Assembly (NCBI RefSeq): GCF_009914755.1
Contig: NC_060947.1
Strand: one strand, 5' to 3'
Length of the DNA stretch: 64,000 nt
Origin: the human T2T-CHM13v2.0 reference genome, Homo sapiens
The position numbers and the translations under genes were made by a program. This document shows, piece by piece, positions 42,272-59,669 of the stretch (position 1 is the stretch's first letter; each line of letters starts with the position of its first letter). The notes below the pieces were generated by a model. The model made no database searches. It saw only the letters and a list, made by a program, of their open reading frames with translations, and had not been told where the DNA came from.

Positions 42272-43240
42272 TTTTTTTACTGTGGTAAAATATACATAAC
42301 ATAAAATTACTATTTTAGCCATTGTTAAGTATATAGTTCTGTAAAATTAAATATATTTGTTGGGTATCTATCACTATCTTCCATCTCCAGAACTTTTTCA
42401 TCTTTCCAAACTGAAACTCTGCACCCATTAAATACTAACTCCCCATTCCCCCCCGCCCCTAGTCCTGGCATAAAATGTAATTTAAATATACTTTTATAAT
42501 TTCAAATAGTTATAGTAATACAGTCACTAATGTTTTTAATCCATAACACTTTTATTGAGATATAATTCACATACCACAAAATTCACCCTTTTAAAGTATA
42601 TAATTCAATGGCTTTTAGTATATTCACAGTTGTGCAACCATCACCATTATGCAATATTAGAACATTTTCATCATCCTTAAAAGAAACTACGTACCCAATA
42701 GCAGTCACTGCATATTGGCACCACTCCCAGCTCCTGGAAACCATTAATCTACTTTGTTTCTATGGATTTGCCTATTCTGGACATTCTGTATAAATGAAAT
42801 CATACAATATATTGCCTTTAGCGTCTGGCTTCTTTCACTTAGCATATTTTTGAGATTTCATCCATGTTGTAGCATGTATCAGTACTTCATTCTTTTCATT
42901 GCCTAATAATATTTCATTGTATGGATACACCAAATTTTGTTACCTATTCATTGGTTGATGGACATTTGGGCTGTTCCCACTTTTTGGCTATTATAAATAG
43001 TGCTGCTAGGGAATTGATGTATAAGTTTTAATGTGGATGTATGTTTTCATTTCTCTTGGATAGATAGCTAGGAGTGGAACTGCTGGATCATAAAGGTAAT
43101 TCTACCTTTAACTTTTTGAGGAACCAATGAACTATTTCTCACAATGGCTGCACGATTCTACTTTCCCAGCAGCAATGTATGAGTTCCAGTTTCTCCACAT
43201 CCACACCAATATTTGTTGTTGTTTGACCTTTTGAATATAG
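42272..43240 (-). mobile_element. Two L1MB-like 3' fragments (42272-42470; 42548-43240)
   Basis: Antisense L1M 3' motifs (ttttattgagatataattcacataccacaaaattcacc; gacatttgggctgttcccactttttggctatt). Confidence 0.8.
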
Positions 43241-45664
43241 TGCTAGACCTCCTTTAATGAAGCACATTTTGTACCTAGCTCTAGCTTTTTCATTTTAAAA
43301 ATACACATGCTGAAGTCGCTATACAGTTAATTTCTCAATACTTTGAGGCAAGTTATTTTGTTTAGTTCATTTCCTAGCAGACCAATAAAAGATAAGTTTT
43401 AGCTCAATGCAGTTCAAACTATTTGAAATCAATGTAATTTTCAAATACCTAAAACATAAGTGAAGATCAGGCTACAGTGCTTTTCTCATGACATGGAGCC
43501 TTGTTGTTTGTTCACTCATTCTAGGCTTAAAAAAAAAGAAGAATGTTTAGAACAAGGAGTTAGTAGGAAAATGCTAGAACAATGAATGGGATAAAATGAC
43601 AATGGTGCCTCACCATGTCAAGATTCAAACATACTGATTTCAAAACTCTGAAATAGTAAAGGTTGTTAGTCATGATGGGAATAGTCTGATTTTACAGAGA
43701 CATTTAAACAAGACTTTTGATTCTTGCATTTTTTAGCCAGCTCTAAGTAATTTTTCATTAAATTCATGAACACAGAAAAATTACAAAGGTAGGAAGTCCT
43801 CAATGTCTCTAAATGTAAATTTCTAGGGAAATGAACTAGCAATGAAAGCCTGCAAGGATTTAAGAGATTACAAAAAGATGAAAATACAGCTGGAGACTGA
43901 CCTCAGAGCTGCCAGGCTGGTGTGGATAGCTGATAAACAACAAGATTCAGCTTTCCTCAACCAAGCTTTCCTTAACCAAGCTCTCTTTAGAATATGCAAT
44001 GTTGAAATTGTGCTTTTAGAGAGAATACTGTAATCTGGAGTTGGGCAGTGACTTACTCAAGGTGACTCAGCTAAGTTAATGACAAGGGTAGGGATACAAC
44101 TGAGATTTTCTGACTCAAGTCCAAAATTCTTTCGAGTATCTATACTTTAGTTGTCACCTTTGCATGGATTTGTTTTCAAATTTTAAAATTAAATGCTTGC
44201 CTTACTTGGCAATTCTGATCTCATACCTGTGGTACCTCTACCTAAAGATGATAAATAATCATTCAGCAGCACTCATTAGTAGCCAAAGGGTAAACAGAGC
44301 TAGACTTCCTGTCTACTGGAAATCTGCAGGAGTAAAACATTTTAAAATATTAATACTGTCCATAGAAAGCATTTTATACCAAAGTAGTATCTGCCAATTT
44401 AAATTCTAGGCAGTCTAAGGAACTGACAAGGGGGTCCTGTAAGTAAATTCATATGAATTTCTCTTTGTTAGAATAGGAAATCATTTTCTAATGTTTAAAT
44501 ATTGCTAGAAAAACAAAACAAAACACTTACATGTAAAATCAGTCAGCTGCTCCATCACCCATATGATGGATGGGTAAGCTTTAAACAATTACAGTTTAGT
44601 TCACATATCAAATTCAAATATATTCAATTCAAATTGGCACCTTCTCAAGAATACACCTCACCTAATTGAGAAGGAACGTTAACATTTGTCAAAGTTAATA
44701 TATAATGTTATATAGTACTTTAATAAAAATGAACATTTTAAGAAAAGATATTAAGAGTTTAGCTATGAAAGAACCAAAGAGTTTGTGACAGTGCCTGGAA
44801 ACTATGCTAAAAAGAAAAAAAAGTCGCTGAAAAGAGGCAAAACCTTAGATATTACAAGGCTCATCGTAAACGATAGAGCATGTAACAGAAATAATTTAAG
44901 GGACTCTGTCTAGTCATTTGCTCACTTGTTCATTCACTTTCTAAAATATTGTTGACCTTAATCGGTTAACTGCTGGAAAGTTATCAAACTGAGAGGGGCT
45001 TCATATTACATATAACTATTATTCAGGACAAGGAAGTAATTAAAACCCAAATTAAAAATCCCTGTTTGGACAGGCAAAGAGAAGCAATTCAACTATGTTT
45101 TAGTCTAAAACTAAAAGCAGTTTTTTCATGAGGGGTTTCAACCACCAGGAAATTCCATATTCTGTCATTCCCTGCTAGAGCTTCTGGAATAGAATGCATA
45201 CATGGCATGTTTGAACCCCAGAAACTCAGAATACTAGAATCCTAAACCCACATCTGAAAAATTATCTACCGCTCTGTCTCACTAAGTAGCAATTTTAGCT
45301 TTCTAAAATTCACGAAGTAATGGACACAAAACAAAATGTAAAAATGTGCCTATTCATCAAACCTAAGGGTAGAGAGGAAGAACAAAAGACACAATTATGG
45401 TTAAGGAAGGAGGAAAGGTGCCTTATTTTGGTGAGGGCTGTTACTCAAAAGAAAAGTTTCAATTGTAAGCTATATGTACAGTGTTACTTAACTGGGAGAT
45501 GTTTTTCCTTTTACAGTAATAATAAAACCTTCTTGCTGCTCAATGACCATTAACATTTATTAATTTTAATATATATGCTTAATATGATATGATGGGTAAT
45601 TCATGGGGAATAGAGGAAAGAACTAAGGGATGGAACAAAAGGAAGAGAAGATAGGAGAGAAAGA

Positions 45665-46545
45665 AAGAAAAAAACAACCCCATCAAAAAGTGGGCAAAGG
45701 ATATGAACAGACACTTCTCAAAAGAAGACATTTATGCAGCCAAAAAACATGAAAAAATGCTCATCATCACTGGCCATCAGAGAAATGCAAATCAAAACCA
45801 CAATGAGATACCATCTCACACCAGTTAGAATGGCAATCATTAAAAAGTCAGGAAACAACAGGTGCTGGAGAGGATGTGGAGAAATAGGAACCCTTTTACA
45901 CTGTTGGTGGGACTGTAAACTAGTTCAACCATTGTGGAAGTCGGTGTGGCGATTCCTCGGGGATCTAGAACTGGAAATACCATTTGACCCAGCCATCCCA
46001 TTACTGGGTATATACCCAAAGGACTATAAATCATGCTGCTATAAAGACACATGCACACGTATGTTTATTGCGGCATTATTCACAATAGCAAAGACTTGGA
46101 ACCAACCCAAATGTCCAACAATGATAGACTGGATTAAGAAAATGTGGCACATATACACCATGGAATACTATGCAGCCATAAAAAATGATGAGTTCATGTC
46201 CTTTGTAGGGACATGGATGAAATTGGAAAACATCATTCTCAGTAAACTATCGCAAGAACAAAAAACCAAACACCACATATTCTCACTCATAGGTGGGAAT
46301 TGAACAATGAGATCACATGGACACAGGAAGGGGAATATCACACTCTGGGGACTGTTGTGGGGTCGGGGGAGGGGGGAGGGATAGCACTGGGAGATATACC
46401 TAATGCTAGATGACGAGTTAGTGGGTGCAGTGCACCAGCATGGCACATGTATACATATGTAACTAACCTGCACAATGTGCACATGTACCCTAAAACTTAA
46501 ATTAAAAAAAAAAACCATATTATCCAATTCTGGAAAAAAAAAAAA
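45665..46545 (+). mobile_element. 5'-truncated young L1 (L1PA2-like), with a 19-nt extra segment before the 3' TSD
   Basis: Nearly intact ORF2 C-terminus (ORF 45734..46303); 3'UTR gatgacgagttagtgggtgcag; 13-bp TSD aaagaaagaaaaa at 45660-45672 and 46543-46555. Confidence 0.92.
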
Positions 46546-47769
46546 GAAAGAAAAAGGAAAAAGGAATATGTAAAAAGAGAAAGGAAGAGAAAAGCAAGAA
46601 GCTGAAAAAAGAAGTAGGAGTCAAAGAAAGTACAAAAAAGGGGGACACTTAGAAAGGGCTCAAATAGAGACATATGCAAAGAAACAAGGAGAAAGCAAGA
46701 AAGGGAGAATGGAAAAGTAAGAGAGAGGAGAGGGAGATAAAGGATAACAGGTTCAGTAGGTTTTGATATATATTATCGGGCTTCTATCCTATGAGATTCA
46801 CTTAGGCTTTAGAGTGTTATCACTTACTGCCCTCTGATTAAAGTTCCTGAAATGCTCTGATCTTGCATTCTTAAAAGCCTCTACTCTCTATGAGATAGCC
46901 ATAGCTGCCCACCAGGAAGGGAAAATTCCCTGTGAGCTGCCAGCTGTGAGGACCAGCAAGTATCATCAGAATCTGCCTCCTAGGCCACAAATTCCTCCCC
47001 TCTAAATTAAGAGAATTGGGTCTGAATTTGATTTAGTGGAGCAGAGCTAAAACTGGAAAATAAAAGATACATAAAGAAACAGATGGCTAAATGTTTGTAT
47101 ATACAGAAAGTATTTCTTATTTCCCTCTACAAAATGTCTACATAATGCTTTCTCTGCAGAGTTTCTAGATTTACTCTATCTTGTTTTTAGAAATGAACTA
47201 CTAGAAACTATTTTTGTTTAAATTATGTTTTTCTGATGAAAATCTGCCAAAGTAAAATGAATATAATTTAATTTTCTCTTTATGAATCTGGTTCATCTTT
47301 AAAACTCAATATAACTGGGTCATTTGTTACTGTACACCATAACAACAGTGCTCTCGAGGCCTTGGCAAGAAAAAAATGTGTGGGTTTGGAAAAGATTACG
47401 ATATGACCACTGACAATTATAAGCTTGGAAATGTGAAGATATGAGATTGTCTCTACCTTCAAGAGACTGTGTAACACACAGACTGGCAAAATTTCCAGGG
47501 ATCTCATCCGTGTGTTCTCTTAAGTTAGGATATACTATAAAACTGAATGAACCACCTCTTGAACTGAATTGGAATTTAGAAACCTGGTCTACAATCCCAA
47601 ATTAGTATTACTTCCCCAGACCCATCAAAAGTGTGTCTCCAAGGTATAACAACAGTTCTCTGTGACTTATGCCAATAAATATAGCTCCTAAAATGCAAAA
47701 TTGAAGTAATCGTTAATTAATGAGCACTATTTCACAGTTCTCTAGAACATAACATATTACAATGGCCAA

Positions 47770-47990
47770 CAGCTTGGGTTCTGGAGTCAGATATACTTGC
47801 ATTTGGATCCTGGCTCCACTATACATTAGTTGTGTGACATTTGGGCAAGTCTCTTAATCTATGCCAGCCTTCATTTCCTCATTTATGAAATGGAGATCAT
47901 AACAGTACCCACCTAATGGAGCAACTGTAACAAATAAAATAATAATAACTGCACAAGTGCCTTTACTAACCTACTCAATAAGTAGTGGCT
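47770..47990 (+). mobile_element. MIR
   Basis: ttctggagtcaga...ggatcctggctccact...gggcaagtctcttaatct...ttcctcatttatgaaatggaga. Confidence 0.7.
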
Positions 47991-48900
47991 GTCAAAGAAC
48001 TCTGATTGATCATCCGTCTGTCCACAGGGCTGCCCCATATTATGGCTCTGGTGAAAGAAAGGGAGCCACAGGACTAAGCTGTGCTGTGGGAAGAACTAAA
48101 CAAGTTATCTTCTCTAGGAATTAAATGTGGCCATCTCGGGGGATAATGACTACCTTTCCAGGTTCTGGTGTTTTCATTTCATTTTCTTTCATTTTCAAAA
48201 TAAGTATTAAACACCCACTATTTGCTTTTTATTATGCAAAGAGCCATGGAGAATATAAGAATAGATTACTAAATAATATATGGATATGTATAAAATACGT
48301 GTTAAAATCATGCTATAGGACTGCTGAGAGGAATAATCAGAGCAGGTTAGCGCTCTTTTTGAAAAGATCTGTTTTACAATATGCTACTGGTTTACTGGTT
48401 ACCAACTGACTCAGAGTTACAGGGAGTTTTACAGAAATAAAAAAAAGATATATATATATTTTTCAGAAACAAATCTACATCAAGTAAGGTACATCTTCAT
48501 CAAGAGTTTCCATTATACTGCAGGCAGGGATTCATATGCTGCTTTGAAACAGTTTCTTAGTTTTCTTGAACTACAGTTTTTAAATCTTTTGGGCAGGAAT
48601 TGTTCTTTTACTTCTGTAGAAGAAATGTTTATCAGAAATAAAGTTCCCTAAATCATGTTTGATGGATTTAGATATATTACTCTCTATCCTACTATTCATA
48701 CTATAGCAAAATCCTTAGGTAAAAAACAAAACAAAACAAAACAAAAACAAGAAAAATGATTTCTAAGCAGCAGATACAGAATGAGAGATGAGAGATTCCA
48801 TAGGCAGCAACTGCTTTCCTCATTTAAAATAGCAGTCTCCAAGCTGTTTTTTTTTAAAATTAGTTTTTCGTTTTTTAAATTAAAAAAAATCCATAGAATC

Positions 48901-48972
48901 CCTTCAGAACTGCAGGACATGTCCTCACTACCACATGGGGATTGGCTGACAATGTCGTCTGTCATCACCAGG
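48901..48972 (-). ncRNA. SNORD96B: Box C/D snoRNA SNORD96B (U96B), predicted guide for 2'-O-methylation of 5.8S rRNA G75
   Basis: Minus strand CCTGGTGATGACAGACG...ATGTCCTGCAGTTCTGAAGG; box C GTGATGA, box D CTGA; 12-nt element complementary to 5.8S AAUUGCAGGACA; same strand as the AMMECR1 host intron. Confidence 0.93.
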
Positions 48973-49444
48973 ATCCAAACAGTTTTGATTGAGTATTCTT
49001 ATCACTAAAAAAAGTTTGAGCACACATCCTCAATATGTATATTTATAAAGTATATACTTGTACTACTATGACAGGCTAATATATCAAAGCATGATACTTA
49101 GAGTAGGCTTTGTTATTAAAGACAGTGAGTATAAATTAAATAATGCTCTTGATCCTTTCTTGTTTTGGGGCTGACATCTTGTCAGATTTGATTAGATTAT
49201 TTTTGTTTTCACTTCATGACTTGGCTAAATTAAGAGGAAACTCATAGAAGTGTCAGCTAGTTCACCATTTTCTTGCCCTTGCATTATCACTGTTATCATC
49301 AGCCCATTTTTTTCCTTGCAGGAATCTTCCTAAGCCACTTGTCCATTCTGCGTGGGTTAGTTTATCTAGCTTTAACTGACCTACACACAATAGTCAAACA
49401 GCTTAAGAAGATTCCTGCAAAGAAACCACAGGATGAAGATTATA

Positions 49445-49658
49445 TAGGTTGGAATATCCCTTATTCAAAATGCTGGAGTCTAGAAGTGTTTCAAACTTGG
49501 GATTTTTTTGTGATTTGGGAATATCTGCATTATACTGGTTGAACATCCCAAATCCAAAATTCTGAGATCTGAAGTATTTCCTTTAAGCGTTACATTGGTA
49601 CTCAAAAGTTTTGGATTTTGGAGCAATTCAGATTTCTGGATTTGGGATGCTCAACCTG
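49445..49658. mobile_element. Tigger4/MER46-like TcMar MITE
   Basis: TIRs (t)aggttggaatatccc ... gggatgctcaacctg flanked by TA. Confidence 0.75.
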
Positions 49659-50235
49659 TACTAAGAACTAGAAATCTACTTAACTAGGTACATGTAAACT
49701 GAAATATGTTACAATATGCCTAAAGTGAGCAAAAGAATGTGCATGCCACCATGAACTCTCACCAAATCAAGAAATCTCACACTTTTCTCGGGATCCCTCA
49801 TTTAGAGTATATGACAGTGACTCTCCAACATGGACCAAAGGAGAGCATCAGGGTCAATCCACATGTTAAACATTAGTGGAGTTTAAATACTTTCTTATAT
49901 TTTATCTAAAATGATATAAATAGACTTTCTAATATTTTTATCTCACCCCACAATGAATCCTTCAGGTGCATCCCTCTTTGGATGGCCTAAAGCTCCTCAT
50001 CAAGCTCTAGAAGACTGGTCCTAAGATATTTAGACATGGCACTATGAGCAAAAGCAGCTTAAAATCTCAGAAAGCCAATATCTGCTAAGTACCTACTGTG
50101 AGTAAGGTACTATACATGCATTAAGTTGTTTAGTCCTCAAAACAACTCCATTTTGTAGAGGAAGAAGCTGAGGTTCAGTGATGATCAGTGAGATTAAGTA
50201 ACTTGCCAATGGTTCTAAAAACAGGTAAGAGAGCT

Positions 50236-50589
<354 letters not shown>

Positions 50590-53500
50590 CTAAATCCCAT
50601 TCTCTTTTCATAGTACCACTTTCAGAATGTCAGCAAATCAACATAAATGTATATACATTTAATCAGTATTAAGGAATTTTTCCCCAATTAATGCTTCCGT
50701 TCATAGGATTTAACTGAAAGTATTAAGTATAAATGTGAGCAGGTTCTGAAAATGCCTAAGAAAAATAGTACCTTTTTAATGAAAGTGTTAGCTTGTTTTT
50801 GTTCTCTTCTTTCTCCATTTTGATCTTGGTGACTCAGAGCTGCTACCATTGAAAAACATCTGTTTTATCTAAACTTAATAAGCCTTATTAGTGGGATGCT
50901 AAGCCTTCCCTTATTCCGAAGCCCTTTCCACAGTTTGAAACTTAATCTGCTGGAAGTCATAATAGGTTACCAAAGTACTAGTTTTGGACATATCTAGGCT
51001 GGTGGGCCTGTTTCTGATTTTTTAATTTTGCTTTTCCAACCTGTATGAATAAGCTCTCTCATACTCAGTACACGAGTCATGCAATTCTTTTCCTTCCCTC
51101 TTTCCATGGCAATCAAATCTATTAATTGAACTCTATAAACTGCAAAACATGTGTTGTCACTCTAACTTATGTGTCATGTCAGGCTGGTTCAGCTGTCCTT
51201 TCTAAAACTACTGCCAGTCCTAGATGATACAAGTCTGCTGAGAGGCAGGATACTGGTTCCTATCATGCGGCCTGTTTATAATTTTCTGCATATGTCACTG
51301 ATCGGGGACTAAAGGTAACTAAAGAAAAGAATGAAGTCAAACTTAAAGATGAGGTACAAAGTAAAATTATCAAGTCCGTCATACTGAGAAGGAGAAAGAG
51401 AAAGAGAGGAGCCCAACCTTCCCCACTACCTCATTGTAAAGTTTTTAATCTTTATTTTCCTTTCTCTTCTTCCTTTTCCCCACCTTTTGTATGCGCTCCT
51501 CTTTTCTACTCTAGTAAGGTAAGGAAGAAAGAATAGTAAAAGGTCACAAGAAGGACATGAAAGAACAGAATGGGGGTGGAGGAAGAGAAGAGGACCACAA
51601 AGACAAAGGCATACGGCAGCTGCCTTCACTGCTACCTAGTGCTGGCGAGGCCAAGTCTGACAAGCCAGTATGCAAGGCGGCCTCATGTTCTCATACTCTG
51701 CTATTGGGTCAAGATGACCCATTCCCTTCTGTACAGGTTTTAATGTTCTATTCTAACTTTCGTGGAGTGGATGGGTGATAGTGACAGAGAAAAGAACATG
51801 ATCCACTGCCTGTTTCTTTCAAACTTGACAAGCACAAGGGGGATCAGGAAGAAAAGTAGAATACCTCATCCCCAAAGCCTAGCTGCCTAACCAATCAATC
51901 AATGTTTATTGAATCATTCCTTGATCTGTGTGCTTTTAAATGGCATATTTCTCTATGGTAAGTATAACTGCATGTCTGTTCTTATGGCCTCTGTAATTGG
52001 CCTCACATTCATTTAAATGGAATTACTTTAATTTTTATCACTATATGGTATCTTTGGAGGAAAGAATCTTTTAAACTACTCGTATCATTTTTGTTTTATA
52101 TGATTCTTAATAGTTTCCAAAGCATCTTCACATCTTTTATCCTAGCTGAAACTCAAAACAGCCCCATGAAATAGACAAAGCTAATACTACATTATATTAG
52201 AAATCATAATAGGTGTCCTCCAAGAACAAGGCCCCCTAAAGTCATGGGGTCAAGCAAATGTCAGCTAGAAGCGCTTAGAGATCATCTAGTCTACATCCTT
52301 CATTTGATTTTGGGGATAACTAAGAGCAAAAAGCTGCATGCCCAAAGTCACAAAACTACTTAGAAATCAGTGACATCTCCTGACTTCCCCAATTCACTGA
52401 TCTTTCCATCATTCTTTCACATAATCCAATAACACTCCAGAGCAGATGTTCAAGATGCAAAGAGGAAAATGATGCCTAGGGCACCAGGGAATAGCTAAAA
52501 CAGTGAAACAGTGAGCTGCCCAACATAACTCAGCACTGACAGGCACCTGGCACGTGTCAGCATGATGAAGCCAAGCAGAACTTATAAATTAAGCAGATAA
52601 GGGTGGGGGAGCAGCGGAGCACCAACACTATGTGTGTGTGGAGAATGCAGTCTTAACTATTGTCTTCCTCTGCGTTTCTTATCCACTCCACTCCCTCCTC
52701 ATCTTGCTTATACGCTCCTAGTAGGGGCTGGTCTCACCTCGCAGTTCATCCATTCTGTCCCATCATTTCTACTTAGCTGCTGAGCTACATAAAGGATTAT
52801 TCAAGGGAAAGGCTATACATTTTTAAAATAGAGTATTTGGTTCTCTTTTATCAAACTCTAAATAGAGAATCTGTCCCTATTGTAAAAGCAACTGTATGTT
52901 CTGGTTGTGCGTGTATAACTACAAAATTGTTCAGGGCAAGATAATCTCAACATTCGTTTTCAAGTAAATAGCACAATGACATGGGTAGATTCAGTTCAGG
53001 TCAAATATGTGATTCTTGATGTACTGCTAAAGTCTCATACGTTAAGCAAACCTACTTTCCAATCTCAACTTGGAACAGGTTTTACTTTACTCCTTTCAAC
53101 AAACATTTTTAAAATTAGCCTGATAAAACAGAAAAGGACATTTTAACTCTTCATCTCTTGTCTGGTCATATCTTAAGAACCTAGTTTTCAAAGAAAAATT
53201 TTACTTGTATAGGTTTCCATTCTATTACCCTTAAAAGTTATTTAATTCTCCCATTGAAAAGGTCCTACTTTACTTTTGTTTCCATGAGATAAGCACATGG
53301 GGTAATAAAATATGTTGGAAAAGCTTCAAAATGTGCTGCTGAAATAGTGGCAATTGCTGATTCTGTACTATGCTACATATTAGGAACACCACAATAGATA
53401 CAGAAAGGAAATAGCTTCATTTGAGGATGAAAAAAGGGCAATGGGAGTTGCCAAGATGGCCGAACAGGAACAGCTCCAGTCTGCAGCTCCCAGCATGACC

Positions 53501-53726
53501 AATGCAGAAGGTGGATGATTTCTGCATTTCCAACTGAGGTACCTGGTTCATCTCATTCGGACTGGTTGGACAGTGGGAACAGCCCACGGAGGGCGAGCTG
53601 AAGCAGGGCGGGGCGTTGACTCACCCGGGAAGCGCAAGGTGTTGGGGGATTTCCCTTTCCTAGCCAAGGGAAGCCGTGACAGACTACCTGGAAAAGCGGG
53701 ACACTCCCTGCCCAAATACTATGCTT

Positions 53727-53879
53727 TTACCAAGGTCTTAGCAACCGGCAGACAAGGTGATTCTCTCCCGTGCCTGGCTCGGCAGCTCCCACGCCCACGG
53801 AGCCTTGCTTACTGCTAGCACAGCAGTCTGAGATGCATCTGCGAGGCGGCAGCCTGGCTGGGGGAGGGGTATCCGCCAT
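53727..53879 (-). pseudogene. L1 ORF0-like antisense ORF (50 aa, MADTPPPARLPPRRCISDCCASSKQGSVGVGAAEPGTGENHLVCRLLRPW*)
   Basis: Translated by hand; position and N-terminus resemble primate L1 ORF0 (MAGAPPPASLPPCSLISDCCAS...); ends early at TAA. Confidence 0.7.
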
Positions 53880-54477
53880 TGCTGAGGCTTGAGTAGGTAA
53901 ACAAAGCAGCCAGGAAGCTCGAACTGGGCGGAGCCCACCTCAGCTCAACAACGCCTACTGCCTCTAGACTCCACCTCTGTGGGCAGGGCACAGCTGAAGA
54001 AAAGGCAGCAGACAACTTCTGCAGACTTAAACATCCCTGTCTGACAGCTCTGAAGAGAGCAGTGGTTCTCCCAACACAGCGTTTGAGATCTGAGAACAGA
54101 CAGACTGCCTCTTCAAGTGGGTCCCTGACCCCCGTGTAGCCTAACTGGGAGACACCTCCCAGTAGGGTCCAACAGATACCTCATATATGCAGCTGCCCCT
54201 CTGGGACGAAGCTTCCAGAGGAAGTATCACGCAGCAATATTTGCTGTTCTGCAATATTTGCTGTTCTGTAGCCTCCGCTGGTGATACCCAGGCAAACAGG
54301 GTCTGGAGTGGAACTCCAGCAAACTCCAACAGACCTGAAGCTGAGGGACCTGACTGTTAGAAGGAAAACTAACAAACAGAAAGGAATAGCATCAACATCA
54401 GCAAAAAGGTCATCTACACCAAAACCACATCTACAGGTCACCAACATCAAAGACCAAAGATAGATAAAACCACAAAG

Positions 54478-55486
54478 ATGGGGAGAAACCAGAGCAGAAA
54501 AGCTGAAAATTCTAAAAATGAGAGCACCTCTTCTCCTCCAAAGGGTCACAGCTCCTCACCAGCAACGGAACAAAGTGGGACGGAGAATGACTTTGACGAG
54601 TTGACAGAAGTAGGCTTCAGAAGGTCGGTAACAACAAACTTCTACGAGCTGAAGGAGGATGTTCAAACTCATCGCAAGGAAGCTAAAAACCTTGAAAAAA
54701 GATTAGACAAATGGCTAACTAGAATAAACAGTGTAGAGAAGACCTTAAGTGACATGATGGAGCTGAAAACCATGGCACGAGAACTTCGTGACACATGCTC
54801 AAGCTTCAAGAGCCGATTCAATCAAGTGGAAGAAAGGGTATCAGTGATTGAAGATCAAATTAATGAAGTAAAGCGAGAAGACAAGGTTAGAGATAAAAAA
54901 GTAAGAAACAAACAAAGCCTCCAAGAAATATGGGACTATGTCAAAAGACCAAATCTACGTGTGATTGGTGTACCTGAAAGTGATGGGGAGAATGGAACCA
55001 AGTTGGAAAATATGCTTCAGGATATTATCCAGGAGAACTTCCCCAACCTAGCAAGGCAGGCCAACATTCAAATTCAGGAAATACAGAGAACGCCACAAAG
55101 ATACTCCTCGAGAAGAGCAACCCCAAGACACATAATTGTCAGATTCACCAAGGTTGAAATGAAGCAAAAAGTGTTAAGGGCAGCCAGAGAGAAAGGTCCA
55201 GTTACCCACAAAGGGAACAGCGGATCTCTCAGCTGAAACGCTACAAGACAGAAGAGAGTGGGGGCCAATATTCAACATTCTTAAAGAAAAGAATTTTCAA
55301 CCCAGAATTTCATATCCAGCCAAACTAAACTTCATAAGTGAAGGAGAAATAAAATCCTTTACAGATAAGCAAATGCTGACAGATTTTGTCACCACCAGGC
55401 CTGTCTTACAAGAGCTCCTGAAGGAAGCACTAAACGTGGAAAGAAACAACTGGTACCAGCCACTGCAAAAACATGCCAAATTGTAA
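54478..55486 (+). pseudogene. L1 ORF1, frameshifted near 55215
   Basis: Open for 252 aa (MGRNQSRKAENSK...). A ~14-nt deletion (aagggaacagcgg vs aagggaagcccatcagactaacagtgg in the copy at 63735) shifts the frame; the native stop is near 55484-55486. Confidence 0.88.
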
Positions 55487-55549
55487 AGACCATCGATGCT
55501 AAGAAGAAACTGCATCAATTAACAGGCAAAATAACCAGCAAACATCATA

Positions 55550-59669
<4,120 letters not shown>

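Noticed and set aside
43949-43983. 15-bp tandem duplication agctttcct(c/t)aacca
   Set aside because: Ordinary slippage-type duplication; two copies, no spacer structure.
54233-54268. 17-bp tandem gcaatatttgctgttct in the L1 5'UTR
   Set aside because: Probably a subfamily feature of L1 5'UTR evolution rather than a locus-specific element.
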